Assembly (NCBI GenBank): GCA_014075255.1
Contig: CP046178.1
Location: 1,089,616-1,153,615 of the forward strand
Source of the DNA: Gammaproteobacteria bacterium
Lineage (GTDB): Bacteria > Pseudomonadota > Gammaproteobacteria > UBA4575
Length of the DNA: 64,000 bases
Direction of reading: 5' to 3'
Shown: positions 11,211 to 20,009 of the stretch, in pieces
How positions within the stretch are numbered: the stretch's first letter is position 1
Layout: each line of letters opens with the position of its first letter
The notes under the pieces: generated by a model
The model's input: the letters and a program-made list of their open reading frames with translations, nothing else
Database searches by the model: none
Told to the model about the DNA's origin: nothing
Made by a program: the position numbers and the translations under genes

Positions 11211-12581
11211 ATGCCCAATATGGATAGCTCTCAAATAGGAATGGATCTCGAAGAACGGCAAATATATTCCGTCCTGCAACTCAATCGAGAAGTTAAACAA
11301 CTATTACAACAAAACTTTCCATTACTATGGGTAGAAGGCGAGCTCTCTAATGTGGCGCGTCCCGCTTCAGGACATATTTATTTCTCGCTAAAAGATCAGC
11401 AAGCACAAGTTCGTTGCGCGATGTTTCGCAAGGCAAATTTAGGCTTAGCCTTTCAACCTGAAAATGGCATGCAAGTATTAGTACGGGCACGAGTCGGTAT
11501 ATACGAGCCTCGAGGTGAATACCAACTCACCATCGAACATATGGAAGAAGCGGGTGTTGGTATTCTGCAACGCAGATATGAGGCATTAAAACAAAAACTC
11601 AATCAAGAAGGCCTGTTCGACCCAGACAATAAACAACCACTACCCTCTTATCCACATGCTGTAAGCATCGTAACCTCTGCAACTGGAGCCGCGATACGTG
11701 ACATTCTTAGCGTGCTACATCGTCGCTATCCCCTGCTTACTATTCGCATCTATGCCGTGCCGGTTCAAGGAAATAAATCGGCCGCTGCTATCGTAGACGC
11801 CATTCAAGAGATCAATAAACGTAAAGACGCTGATGTGGTGATTGTTTCTCGAGGAGGTGGCTCGATAGAAGATCTTTGGTCATTCAATGAAGAAGAAGTT
11901 GCACGTGCAATCTATTCCTCCAAAATCCCAATCGTCGCAGGCGTCGGCCACGAAGTAGATTTTACTATTGCCGATTTTGTTGCCGATGTGCGTGCCGCCA
12001 CACCCACTGCAGCAGCAGAACTTATTACTCCACATCAAGATGAACTGCTAGAAACATTTATACAATATGAAAATACTCTGCTTTGCTTGTTGCGCGATTC
12101 GATAAGCAATTTTCATCAAGCTGTTGACTGGATGACACAACGCTTAGAATCTTTACATCCCAAACAAATTATCCAACGCAAACAAGAATTCTTAATCGAA
12201 TTACAGCGACGCGCGCATAGTGCCGTTAAACTTAAGTTGTCAGACCGAGTAAATCTGCTAAGTAGATTATCACTCAGGTTTGAAAGCCATTCTCCCCATG
12301 CACGTGTAAGAGAAGCTAAAATTAAATTAATCGATCTCCACAAACAGATGCACCGAAGCATTCAGACCCATCTGCAACAAAAGCAACAAGATATACATGC
12401 TTTAGCTAGAACTCTGGATGCAGTCAGTCCATTGGGTACTTTGAATCGTGGCTATGCCATTGCCAGCCACCGGGCAAGTGGACAAATTTTGCACAATAGT
12501 AATCAGGTATCAAAAGATGACGAAATATCTATCCAAGTGGCCAAGGGGCATATTTTCGCTAAGGTTAAAGGTAAGCAATAA
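11211..12581 (+). CDS. xseA: exodeoxyribonuclease VII large subunit
   Basis: OB-fold N-terminus (LLWVEGELSNVARPASGHIYFSLKD) and ExoVII catalytic core (VSRGGGSIEDLWSFNEE). 456 aa. Confidence 0.9.
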   Translation: MPNMDSSQIGMDLEERQIYSVLQLNREVKQLLQQNFPLLWVEGELSNVARPASGHIYFSLKDQQAQVRCAMFRKANLGLAFQPENGMQVLVRARVGIYEPRGEYQLTIEHMEEAGVGILQRRYEALKQKLNQEGLFDPDNKQPLPSYPHAVSIVTSATGAAIRDILSVLHRRYPLLTIRIYAVPVQGNKSAAAIVDAIQEINKRKDADVVIVSRGGGSIEDLWSFNEEEVARAIYSSKIPIVAGVGHEVDFTIADFVADVRAATPTAAAELITPHQDELLETFIQYENTLLCLLRDSISNFHQAVDWMTQRLESLHPKQIIQRKQEFLIELQRRAHSAVKLKLSDRVNLLSRLSLRFESHSPHARVREAKIKLIDLHKQMHRSIQTHLQQKQQDIHALARTLDAVSPLGTLNRGYAIASHRASGQILHNSNQVSKDDEISIQVAKGHIFAKVKGKQ

Positions 12582-12692
12582 GCCATTCTTGACACATTTC
12601 AAGAAAATTTCAGCTTTATACCTATAACCATTGCTTGCCAGAAGCCTTCTTATCTGGCATAAAAGCGGGCTTCATTTTCACAAGAGTCTTCC

Positions 12693-13481
12693 ATGCCAGC
12701 TAAAAAAGTCAAAACCAAGAAAAAAGCCGCTCCTAAAAAGAAGGCTGCAGTAAAAAAAGCCGCACCTAAGAAAAAAGCAGCGGTCAAAAGAAAAGCTGCG
12801 CCTAAGAAAAAGGCTGCGGTTAAGAAAAAAGCTGCGCCCAAGAAAAAGGCTGCAGTCAAGAAAAAAGCCGCGCCTAAGAAAAAAACTGCAGCAAAGAAAG
12901 CTGCGCCTAAAAAGAAGGCTGCGGTTAAGAAAAAAGCTGCGCCTAAAGCACCACCAGCAGAAAAGAAACCTTCCAAAGCTGAGCTGAAAGAACAGAAGGC
13001 GCAAGCAGAAAGAGAAAAGAAAAAACAGAAAAGAATTGAATTGTTAAATAAACGTTCCCCAGTTGAATTGCCGGTTGAAGGTATCACGCCCTACACCCTA
13101 CATCGTGGTGAAAGCTACATGAGTGACGCGCAGCTAGAACATTTCCGCAATATATTATTGTGTTGGAAACAAGAATTAATTGATGAAGTTAAACGCACGG
13201 TCGATCAAATGAAAAATGACGCTAGTCAATTTGCTGATCCGGCCGATCGTGCTACGCAAGAAGAAGAATTTAGTTTAGAGCTCAGAACACGTGACCGTGA
13301 AAGTAAATTGATTAGAAAAATCAACCAGACGCTGTCAACTATCGATTCTGAAGACTATGGTTATTGCGAATCGTGTGGCATTGAAATAGGCATTAAACGT
13401 TTGGAAGCACGGCCAACTGCCACCTTATGCATTGACTGTAAGACCTTGCAAGAAATCAAGGAAAAACAAATATTTACCTGA
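12693..13481 (+). CDS. dksA: RNA polymerase-binding transcription factor DksA with N-terminal histone H1-like Lys/Ala/Pro repeat extension
   Basis: C-terminal 150 aa matches DksA: coiled-coil YMSDAQLEHFRNILLCWKQEL and the C4 zinc finger CESCGIEIGIKRLEARPTATLCIDC. The first 110 aa or so are KKAAPKKKAAV repeats. It lies upstream of gluQ as in E. coli. Confidence 0.8.
   Translation: MPAKKVKTKKKAAPKKKAAVKKAAPKKKAAVKRKAAPKKKAAVKKKAAPKKKAAVKKKAAPKKKTAAKKAAPKKKAAVKKKAAPKAPPAEKKPSKAELKEQKAQAEREKKKQKRIELLNKRSPVELPVEGITPYTLHRGESYMSDAQLEHFRNILLCWKQELIDEVKRTVDQMKNDASQFADPADRATQEEEFSLELRTRDRESKLIRKINQTLSTIDSEDYGYCESCGIEIGIKRLEARPTATLCIDCKTLQEIKEKQIFT
12720..12960 (+). repeat. tandem imperfect 33-36 bp coding repeats (about 7 units) encoding AAPKKKAAVKKK
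   Basis: Repetition of aaraaagc(t/c)gcgcctaagaaaaaggctgcggt is visible in the DNA. The antisense frames give spurious F/A/L-rich ORFs. Confidence 0.8.
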
Positions 13482-13566
13482 TATTTCTCAGAGAAAATTA
13501 AGTTAATTTTTTTGGGATGAGAGCCCTGAATAGTTAACCTAAACGTCTTACTAGTATAGTTAATTT

Positions 13567-14490
13567 GTGAAACAACAAAACTATATAGGTCGATTCGCCC
13601 CCTCTCCTTCCGGGCCATTACATTACGGTTCGTTAGTAGCAGCTACAGCAAGTTATTTGCAAGCAAAGTACAATAATGGAAAGTGGTTAGTTCGCATAGA
13701 AGATATCGACCCACCACGTGAAGTTGCCGGCGCTGCAAACGAAATACTTAAAACCCTTGAACACTTTCAGTTTGAGTGGGATCAAACACCACTCTATCAA
13801 TCGACTCGTCGTGAGCAATACCGCTCTGCAGTTAATAGTTTAATTCAACAAAACCAAGCTTATGCTTGTTCATGCTCGCGAAAAGACTTAGCCAATAATA
13901 TTCAGAAAAGTGAATTAGGAAAACGCTATCCAGGAACCTGTGCAAACAAACAGTTAAATACTCGTGAAACATCTCTGAATTTAAGACTGCGCACTAAAAA
14001 TGAAAATATTAATTTTCAGGACATCACTTATGGAAAATTAAGACACAATCTTTTGAAAGAGATTGGTGACATTATTATTTATCGTAAATTGGACCTGCCA
14101 AGCTATGCTTTAGCAGTAACAATAGATGATGCCTACCAAGGCATTACCGAAGTAGTGCGCGGCTATGATTTACTCGCCTTTACCCCAATACAAATATATC
14201 TTTGCCAACTGTTACAGCTACCTATACCGAAGTTTCTACATATCCCTATTATCCTCAATCAACAGGGACAAAAATTAAGCAAACAAACCGGCGCAGATGC
14301 TATCAGCAAGCAAAATTGTGGGAGCGTGTTAGTTCAGGCGCTGAAAGATTTAGGTCAACCTGTCCCAGAAAATCTTGAAAAAGAGTCCTCTGGGAATGAC
14401 GAGCTAGGACAAATATGGAATTGGGCAATTAAACACTGGAATGTAGATAACATTCCCAAAATCAAACAAGTTTATCCATCCCAAAACTAA
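13567..14490 (+). CDS. gluQ: glutamyl-Q tRNA(Asp) synthetase
   Basis: GRFAPSPSGPLHYGSLVAA class I HIGH-like motif and truncated GluRS catalytic domain. 307 aa. Conserved dksA-gluQ synteny. Confidence 0.85.
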   Translation: MKQQNYIGRFAPSPSGPLHYGSLVAATASYLQAKYNNGKWLVRIEDIDPPREVAGAANEILKTLEHFQFEWDQTPLYQSTRREQYRSAVNSLIQQNQAYACSCSRKDLANNIQKSELGKRYPGTCANKQLNTRETSLNLRLRTKNENINFQDITYGKLRHNLLKEIGDIIIYRKLDLPSYALAVTIDDAYQGITEVVRGYDLLAFTPIQIYLCQLLQLPIPKFLHIPIILNQQGQKLSKQTGADAISKQNCGSVLVQALKDLGQPVPENLEKESSGNDELGQIWNWAIKHWNVDNIPKIKQVYPSQN

Positions 14491-14491
14491 A

Positions 14492-14514
14492 AACGGCCGT
14501 GATGTACGGCCGTT
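14492..14514. terminator. GC-rich hairpin, likely bidirectional rho-independent terminator
   Basis: aacggccgt-gatgt-acggccgtt stem-loop immediately after the gluQ stop. It is followed by a T-rich tract and lies downstream of convergent genes. Confidence 0.5.
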
Positions 14515-14545
14515 ATTAGTTAATTATTAAAGACGAAAACGAGGC

Positions 14546-14773
14546 TTATTCATCGCCTCCACTTTCTTTGTTTTTAACCCAATCCCATGGCTCTTCTTTA
14601 CCCACCGCAAAAAAGATCCAGAAGTTGCCAATGATCATAATAATGAACATCAAAGCGGTAAGGATCGCCCAAACTGGCTCGCGGTTATGTTCGCCAATAT
14701 TGAGCCAATTCATAATTCCAAGGAACGCGACGGTCCATAACGCCATAACGCCTAATGCTTGTAAAGTACGCAT
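14546..14773 (-). CDS. small two-TM membrane protein, hypothetical
   Basis: 75 aa with two hydrophobic helices (LGVMALWTVAFLGIM, VWAILTALMFIIMIIGNFWIFFAV). Same strand as, and immediately downstream of, the reductase gene. I chose it over the overlapping plus-strand ORF. Confidence 0.35.
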   Translation of the reverse strand: MRTLQALGVMALWTVAFLGIMNWLNIGEHNREPVWAILTALMFIIMIIGNFWIFFAVGKEEPWDWVKNKESGGDE

Positions 14774-14807
14774 ATCTATCTCCTAAACTCTAAATTTAAC
14801 TAATTCT

Positions 14808-15887
14808 TTAACGCCCGCCAGGCATTGAACTCGCATCTAAAAACTTATCAAAGTATATATTCTCTTTATTCATACCTTGGTCAACCATGACATCAATTGC
14901 TGCATCGATCATCGGTGGAGGACCACATAAATAGCCCTGAGCTTCGTTCAAAGACAATTTACCAGTATCTACGTAAGCTTCCTTTAAATAGGTGGTCACA
15001 AACCCTGTTGCGCCCTGCCAGCCGCTTCCTTCTGGCTCTTCACTTAATACAGGAACGAACTCAAAGGAATAGTCTTTATTCCATTTTTTACCAATTTCTG
15101 CTAATTCGTCCATGCAGTATAAATCTTGCTGCGCACGTGCGCCAAATAGATATAAACAGTTTCGTTTCACTTGTTCCGCAGCAGAGCTTTCTAAAATGGC
15201 CTTAATAGCGCTCATACCACTGCCGCCTGCTACACACACCATCGTAGAATCTTCATCACGTCGAAAGAACTGTCCATAGGGACCTGTTACTTTAACAGTT
15301 TCGCCAACACGCTCTTCTGCGAATAGCCATTCAGTAAATTTACCGTTTGGCACTAAACGCACATAAAATGTAAATTCACCTGGATTCTCTTGCTTAGGGG
15401 CTTTTGCGTAAGAATAAGAACGTGGATCATCTAAAGCGCTAATCGCGACTTCAGAATACTGTCCAGCCATTCCTGAATGCTCGACTTTGCCTTCACACTT
15501 AACGACTAGCTCTTTAATGTCGTGCGTTAGGTTACGAGTACTTATGATTTGACCTTCGTATGAATTTAACGCTATTGCAGGCGCATCACTGAGCTCAACT
15601 TCAATTGCAACATCGGTTTTAAGTCGCGTTTGGCAAGCAAGAATCTTACCGCTCTTGAGTTGATCTTGATCTAGTACATAAGAAAAATCTGTTAAAGCTT
15701 TGATTTTTCCATTTTTAAGCGTGCACTGACAGGTGCTGCAACTACCCACACGACAATCGTGCGGCCACGGGACACCTGCTTCTAAAGCAGCTTTTAACAA
15801 GTTGTCACCGGCCTTTACGGTAATGGTATGCTCGCCACCATTAACGGTTGCTTGCCAGTCTTTATTACCGCCAAATAATCCAAACAT
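14808..15887 (-). CDS. 2Fe-2S ferredoxin / FAD-NAD(P)H oxidoreductase fusion (XylA/alkane-hydroxylase-reductase-like electron transfer component)
   Basis: N-terminal plant-type ferredoxin with Cys pattern CRVGSCSTCQC...C. FNR-like FAD motif RSYSYAKAP and NAD motif MVCVAGGSGMSAIKAIL. 359 aa. Confidence 0.75.
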   Translation of the reverse strand: MFGLFGGNKDWQATVNGGEHTITVKAGDNLLKAALEAGVPWPHDCRVGSCSTCQCTLKNGKIKALTDFSYVLDQDQLKSGKILACQTRLKTDVAIEVELSDAPAIALNSYEGQIISTRNLTHDIKELVVKCEGKVEHSGMAGQYSEVAISALDDPRSYSYAKAPKQENPGEFTFYVRLVPNGKFTEWLFAEERVGETVKVTGPYGQFFRRDEDSTMVCVAGGSGMSAIKAILESSAAEQVKRNCLYLFGARAQQDLYCMDELAEIGKKWNKDYSFEFVPVLSEEPEGSGWQGATGFVTTYLKEAYVDTGKLSLNEAQGYLCGPPPMIDAAIDVMVDQGMNKENIYFDKFLDASSMPGGR

Positions 15888-15954
15888 GATATCAAATACT
15901 CACTGGCGTCCTTTCCAGTGTTGAGAACGCTTATTGTATGTTTAAGAGAGACGC

Positions 15955-16647
15955 TTAAACGTTAATAGAAATGTCTCGCAAGGTTCCAGAACTTACATCG
16001 CTTGCAGTTGGCAAGCAGCTATAAGGCTCAAGCTTTTCCTTACTCGTTGAAGGATGCGATTTCACTTTGCCGTACCAAGCATTCACACCCGCACGTGAAC
16101 TAATTAAATCACCCGCTCCACTGTGCTCAAGTAAGTTGCAACATGCTGCCCAGTGAATATCGGCTAAAGTAAAGTCTCCACAGATAAAGTCACCTTTCTT
16201 AGGTGGAGTCTTAAGTTGATTTTCTAATCCATCAAACAAAGTGGCTAAGCCGTTTTTATCTAGGTTATCACCCATCATTGCCTGAACTTTCTCAGAAGCA
16301 ACACCTGCCCACTGATACATCACCGCACGATGCACACCGTTACGTGGAACTAAAGATGGACCAAAACCTTTATCATCAAGATATGACATTACGGCAGTAG
16401 TGCCATAAACAATAAAGTCAATATCTTGCAATACGGGCCCAATTCCATAAGGAGATTTTGCAAGAAAATCACTGTCATCCATTCCATTAATGAGCACGGC
16501 TTCAACATCAACGCCTTTCTCACCTGCTGTTTGCATACACTTCCCAGTGTCTGGACAGCTTGGGTGTCCACTCAATATCATTTTTGTTCTTAACTGATCT
16601 CCGATCATATCTCCCCCTAACAGGCAATCTTTATTAGGATAGTACAA
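15955..16647 (-). CDS. glutathione S-transferase family protein
   Basis: Thioredoxin-like N-domain (KMILSGHPSCPD, YGIGPVL) and helical GST C-domain. The true start is probably the internal Met near 16581. Confidence 0.65.
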   Translation of the reverse strand: MYYPNKDCLLGGDMIGDQLRTKMILSGHPSCPDTGKCMQTAGEKGVDVEAVLINGMDDSDFLAKSPYGIGPVLQDIDFIVYGTTAVMSYLDDKGFGPSLVPRNGVHRAVMYQWAGVASEKVQAMMGDNLDKNGLATLFDGLENQLKTPPKKGDFICGDFTLADIHWAACCNLLEHSGAGDLISSRAGVNAWYGKVKSHPSTSKEKLEPYSCLPTASDVSSGTLRDISINV

Positions 16648-16751
16648 ATGTTAAATAGTGCTCTTTAGAGCACTACTCAACCATTAATTTTCAAATAAAC
16701 TTTAGTGTTTATAGGCGCTAAAGTAAAACGTTATAGCTGATTCTAATCAGC

Positions 16752-16931
16752 TTAACCTTCAATTTTCAAAGCGCCAGAAGGACACTTAGAAACTGTTTCA
16801 CGAATTTCTGCTTCAGGTGCCGCATCTGTATCAATTACAAATTGACCATCTTCTACTTTAAATACACTTGGTGAGCCTTTAACGCACTCGCCAGCATGGC
16901 TACAAGTATTCGCATCATAAGTTACTTTCAT
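16752..16931 (-). CDS. divergent 4Fe-4S mono-cluster protein (YjdI-like)
   Basis: My own translation of the minus strand gives MKVTYDANTCSHAGECVKGSPSVFKVEDGQFVIDTDAAPEAEIRETVSKCPSGALKIEG (59 aa). The C.H.G.C ... CPSGAL pattern matches E. coli YjdI. It falls below the 60 aa ORF-track cutoff. Confidence 0.55.
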   Translation of the reverse strand: MKVTYDANTCSHAGECVKGSPSVFKVEDGQFVIDTDAAPEAEIRETVSKCPSGALKIEG

Positions 16932-17105
16932 TTCTGAACTCCTCGTTTTTCTCTATTATATTGTATAGCTATAGTCTTATTTAGTATGACTATAGTTTGC
17001 CGTTTTTTTTTATACTTTAATAGCTTTTTAGCTAAAAATGCCCTTAACCTGGTTAATAAATTATGTTCAAAATATGAGCAAGGATAAGGGTTTATCTTTT
17101 TATAC

Positions 17106-18260
17106 TTAAACGTATCCAGCCTGTTTATTCATCTGTGCAGCGATCTTAAGCTCACCTTCAGACGCCATCTCGTCATCCCACTTCCCCAGCTGTTTCTTCA
17201 TGTAGGCATGAAACACAGGTGGCAATAAGCCTAATGCAAAGAGAGTGAAGTAGCCGCGCCCGCAGTTCGGAGCCCCCACTTCGTCGAGTTCCCAAAAGTG
17301 GGTCTCGCCTCGATCGTGGTGATCCGCTTGGCGACCAATTTCGATAAAGAACCAGCTGGTAAATGCGGTACTGTTGTCCCAGCTATGACGGTAGTCAATC
17401 GGTTGACCTTTTTCGCGTATCAGGCCGTAGTGCTCAAGGTAGTTCAGTACTTCAAGTTCAAAGTTGGAGATGAGCCATACACCGGCTAAACAAAGCATGC
17501 CGGTCCAGCCGCCTACGAACCAAAATAATAGAACGGTCGGTAGGGCCATGAAGTAGCCTCGGATCCAGCGGTTTTGCCAGGAGAGGAAGTTCACGCCGAT
17601 TCTTTCGAGGCGTTGCTTCTCCATCATGAAGAGGAATTTGCTTTGCCCAAATCCTGATAAAGGATAGTGGGTGTACATGCTGCGTCCACGTGGAGCAGTC
17701 GCCGGGTCGTCTTGGTGACCGAGTTCTAGGTGGTGGTTGTAGACGTGGGCGTAGCAAAAGTGGGCTTTACCACTTAAGGCCATCATCCAGCGCGCGATCA
17801 CAAAGCTGAAGCCTTTGGTGTGGGCCAGTTCGTGTCCGTAAATAATACCAATCCCCGCAAAGATGCCGGAGGACATCACTGCACCGATGAGTTGGCGTCC
17901 GGTGATGCCGTCTTGAACGGTGAGACCCAGAATACTGGTTTCGCCAATCGGCACGTTGCCCATGTATTGCCAGATGCGCCAAGCAAGGGCGAGTTGTATC
18001 AAGGCAAAGACGGCCAGCATGCCGTACATGGTGCCATTGAGTAACGGGACGATGCCCATGGTGTCGCCTTCGTCATCAAAGCCTGCACCCGGAGTTTGGG
18101 CCGTGGTTAAGGTGTCGACAATGATGCCTACGCCTAATAAAACTACGCCGGTCCACACCCATGGACCCCCCGCAATCACGCCAAATAAACTGGCGAATAT
18201 TAATAATGGTGCGAGAAAGTACCGCGCGTTGATTAATAACTTCTTCATGTTCGTCTCCAC
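17106..18260 (-). CDS. alkB: AlkB/XylM-family integral-membrane non-heme di-iron hydroxylase (alkane 1-monooxygenase-like)
   Basis: His boxes GHELAHTKG and AHVYNHH. The HYG motif NYLEHYGL and RQADHHDRG match AlkB signatures HE[LM]xHK, EHxxGHH, NYxEHYG[LM] and LQRHSDHH. Multiple TM helices. GC about 55-58%, against roughly 38% genome-wide. Confidence 0.8.
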   Translation of the reverse strand: METNMKKLLINARYFLAPLLIFASLFGVIAGGPWVWTGVVLLGVGIIVDTLTTAQTPGAGFDDEGDTMGIVPLLNGTMYGMLAVFALIQLALAWRIWQYMGNVPIGETSILGLTVQDGITGRQLIGAVMSSGIFAGIGIIYGHELAHTKGFSFVIARWMMALSGKAHFCYAHVYNHHLELGHQDDPATAPRGRSMYTHYPLSGFGQSKFLFMMEKQRLERIGVNFLSWQNRWIRGYFMALPTVLLFWFVGGWTGMLCLAGVWLISNFELEVLNYLEHYGLIREKGQPIDYRHSWDNSTAFTSWFFIEIGRQADHHDRGETHFWELDEVGAPNCGRGYFTLFALGLLPPVFHAYMKKQLGKWDDEMASEGELKIAAQMNKQAGYV

Positions 18261-18591
18261 TTCATCACAAGCTTATGCCTGTGCAGAAGAAAATTAAGAT
18301 TATAAAAATAGATATTTGAAATCTGTTTTCGAGCATGAGGCACTTAATTTTATAATTATCGGCCAGCACACTGATATTTATAGGAATTATAGCACTCGTT
18401 GAATGTATTTTTATAGCCTAGCCTTCACAATTTTAAGGTCAAAATATATGCTTCAAAAACTAAACACAGCATGAACAAGCTGGCTAATGAACCATCAGCT
18501 AACTCATTGATGGAATACGCAATTAGCCAATTTTAGAGCGAAAATAGAGAATACTAATGTTAGAAATTACATTAATAGCCATACATCTAGC

Positions 18592-19002
18592 TTAAGAATT
18601 ATCTTTAGAATCAAAGTCTAAGGATAATGAATTAATACAATATCTAAGACCTGTAGGATTAGGACCATCTTCGAAAACGTGCCCTAAATGTGCGCCGCAA
18701 GCATTGCACATTACTTCGGTTCTGCGCATACCATGAGATTCATCAGACTCCTCTTGAACACATTCAGCATTGGCTGGTTGAAAAAAACTTGGCCAACCGG
18801 AACCCGAATCAAATTTATGTCCCGATTCAAATAGTGGAGCCTTACAAGCCACACATACATACATGCCGTTTTCTTTATGACCATTAAACTCACCACTAAA
18901 GGCGGGCTCCGTACCCTTCTGCCGACAAACATGAAACTGCTCCGGCGTTAATTCTTCACGCCATTCATCATCGGTTTTTTTGATTTTTGATTTATCAGTC
19001 AT
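18592..19002 (-). CDS. msrB: peptide-methionine (R)-S-oxide reductase
   Basis: SelR domain with zinc CxxC pairs ([25 protein letters not shown]) and catalytic Cys near the C-terminus. 136 aa. Confidence 0.9.
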   Translation of the reverse strand: MTDKSKIKKTDDEWREELTPEQFHVCRQKGTEPAFSGEFNGHKENGMYVCVACKAPLFESGHKFDSGSGWPSFFQPANAECVQEESDESHGMRRTEVMCNACGAHLGHVFEDGPNPTGLRYCINSLSLDFDSKDNS

Positions 19003-19251
19003 ATTAGATAGTTTGAACTAAATCCCTTCGAACAACCACCTAAGCACATGGACGATGTACATGGATGCACAAGTGTCTCGAGTGATATCGCAAATACTTA
19101 CAGCTATACATGCGAATTAAGTTCAAAAATAATTTGGAAATCAGAAGCAACCGTGTTCGCATGCTACAACAAGGATGTTGTATCAGCTTAATTCTTTTTT
19201 GCTAATGTCTGTTATCGAACAATTGCGGATATTAAACATTAATAGGTGTTC

Positions 19252-19929
19252 CTATTTTGTACTACTTAATCCATCTTCAATAGGTAGATTTTCAAGTTTC
19301 CATTCTGGAAATCCGTCTTCTAACCTACGAGCCTTGTAACCTTTAGAACGCAATTGTTCAACAGCTTCAAATGCCATGATACAAAATGGTCCTCGGCAAT
19401 ACGCAACAACTTCTTTTTTCTGTGGTAAGCGCTTTAACTCATCTTTTAATTCGGATAGTTGAATGTTAATAGCATGTGGAAGATGACCTGATTCAAATTC
19501 TTGTTCGGGACGCACATCTAGAACCGTGATTGTCCCTTTTTGTGCACGCTTCAATAACTCATCTCTTGAAATGGGTTCTAAATCATCTTTGGAAGACAAA
19601 TAATCTTTTACCAAAATTTGAATTTCAGCGATATTTTCTTCGGCAATCTTCCGCATGAGCGCTAATAACGCCACAACTGAATAATCACTTAAGCGATAAA
19701 ATGACTTTTGACCCTCCGCTCTGGATTTGACTAAACCAGACCTTCGCAGTCCCTGTAAATGTTGAGAGGTATTGGCGACGCTCAGCCCAGACGCTTTTGC
19801 TAGCCCATCTACAGTGCATTCACCTTGCGCCAGGAATTCCAATAGCGCTAAGCGATTACCGTTACTAAGCGATTTGCCAACCTGGGCAAATTGAGCAAAC
19901 AATTCTTTCTTGAATGTACTAGAAGACAT
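19252..19929 (-). CDS. ArsR-family transcriptional regulator fused to a C-terminal rhodanese domain
   Basis: ArsR winged HTH (ECTVDGLAKASGLSVANTSQHLQGLRRSGLV). C-terminal rhodanese with active-site Cys loop (VVAYCRGPFC). The start is taken at the internal Met of MSSSTFKK. Divergent from the downstream plus-strand genes. Confidence 0.65.
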   Translation of the reverse strand: MSSSTFKKELFAQFAQVGKSLSNGNRLALLEFLAQGECTVDGLAKASGLSVANTSQHLQGLRRSGLVKSRAEGQKSFYRLSDYSVVALLALMRKIAEENIAEIQILVKDYLSSKDDLEPISRDELLKRAQKGTITVLDVRPEQEFESGHLPHAINIQLSELKDELKRLPQKKEVVAYCRGPFCIMAFEAVEQLRSKGYKARRLEDGFPEWKLENLPIEDGLSSTK

Positions 19930-20009
19930 AATAATATAATATTCAATTGATCTATTGAATATTATATTGTACTTTAGGTTTAGATTCAATTATTTAAGAG
20001 AAATACGCA

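Noticed and set aside
10947-11238. Two overlapping plus-strand ORFs of 60 and 73 aa in the guaB-xseA spacer
   Set aside because: They overlap each other in different frames, have no recognisable motif or RBS, and lie in a repeat-bearing region better explained as non-coding. The region is kept as a finding, not as CDS.
12650-13087. Minus-strand ORFs of 145 and 108 aa (12650-13087, 12678-13004) rich in F/A/L/G
   Set aside because: They are the antisense reading of the lysine/alanine repeat region of dksA. The AAA/AAG-rich sense strand gives TTT/CTT runs on the other strand. I recognised no domain.
14568-14786. Plus-strand 72 aa ORF overlapping the small membrane protein gene
   Set aside because: The minus-strand frame gives two clean TM helices and is co-directional with the adjacent operon. 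The plus-strand product has no features.
17106-18260. Sterol-desaturase or carotenoid-hydroxylase identity for the 384 aa His-box protein
   Set aside because: The HYG motif NYLEHYGL and the spacing of HELxH, HxxxHH and DHH boxes match the AlkB/XylM alkane-hydroxylase family specifically.
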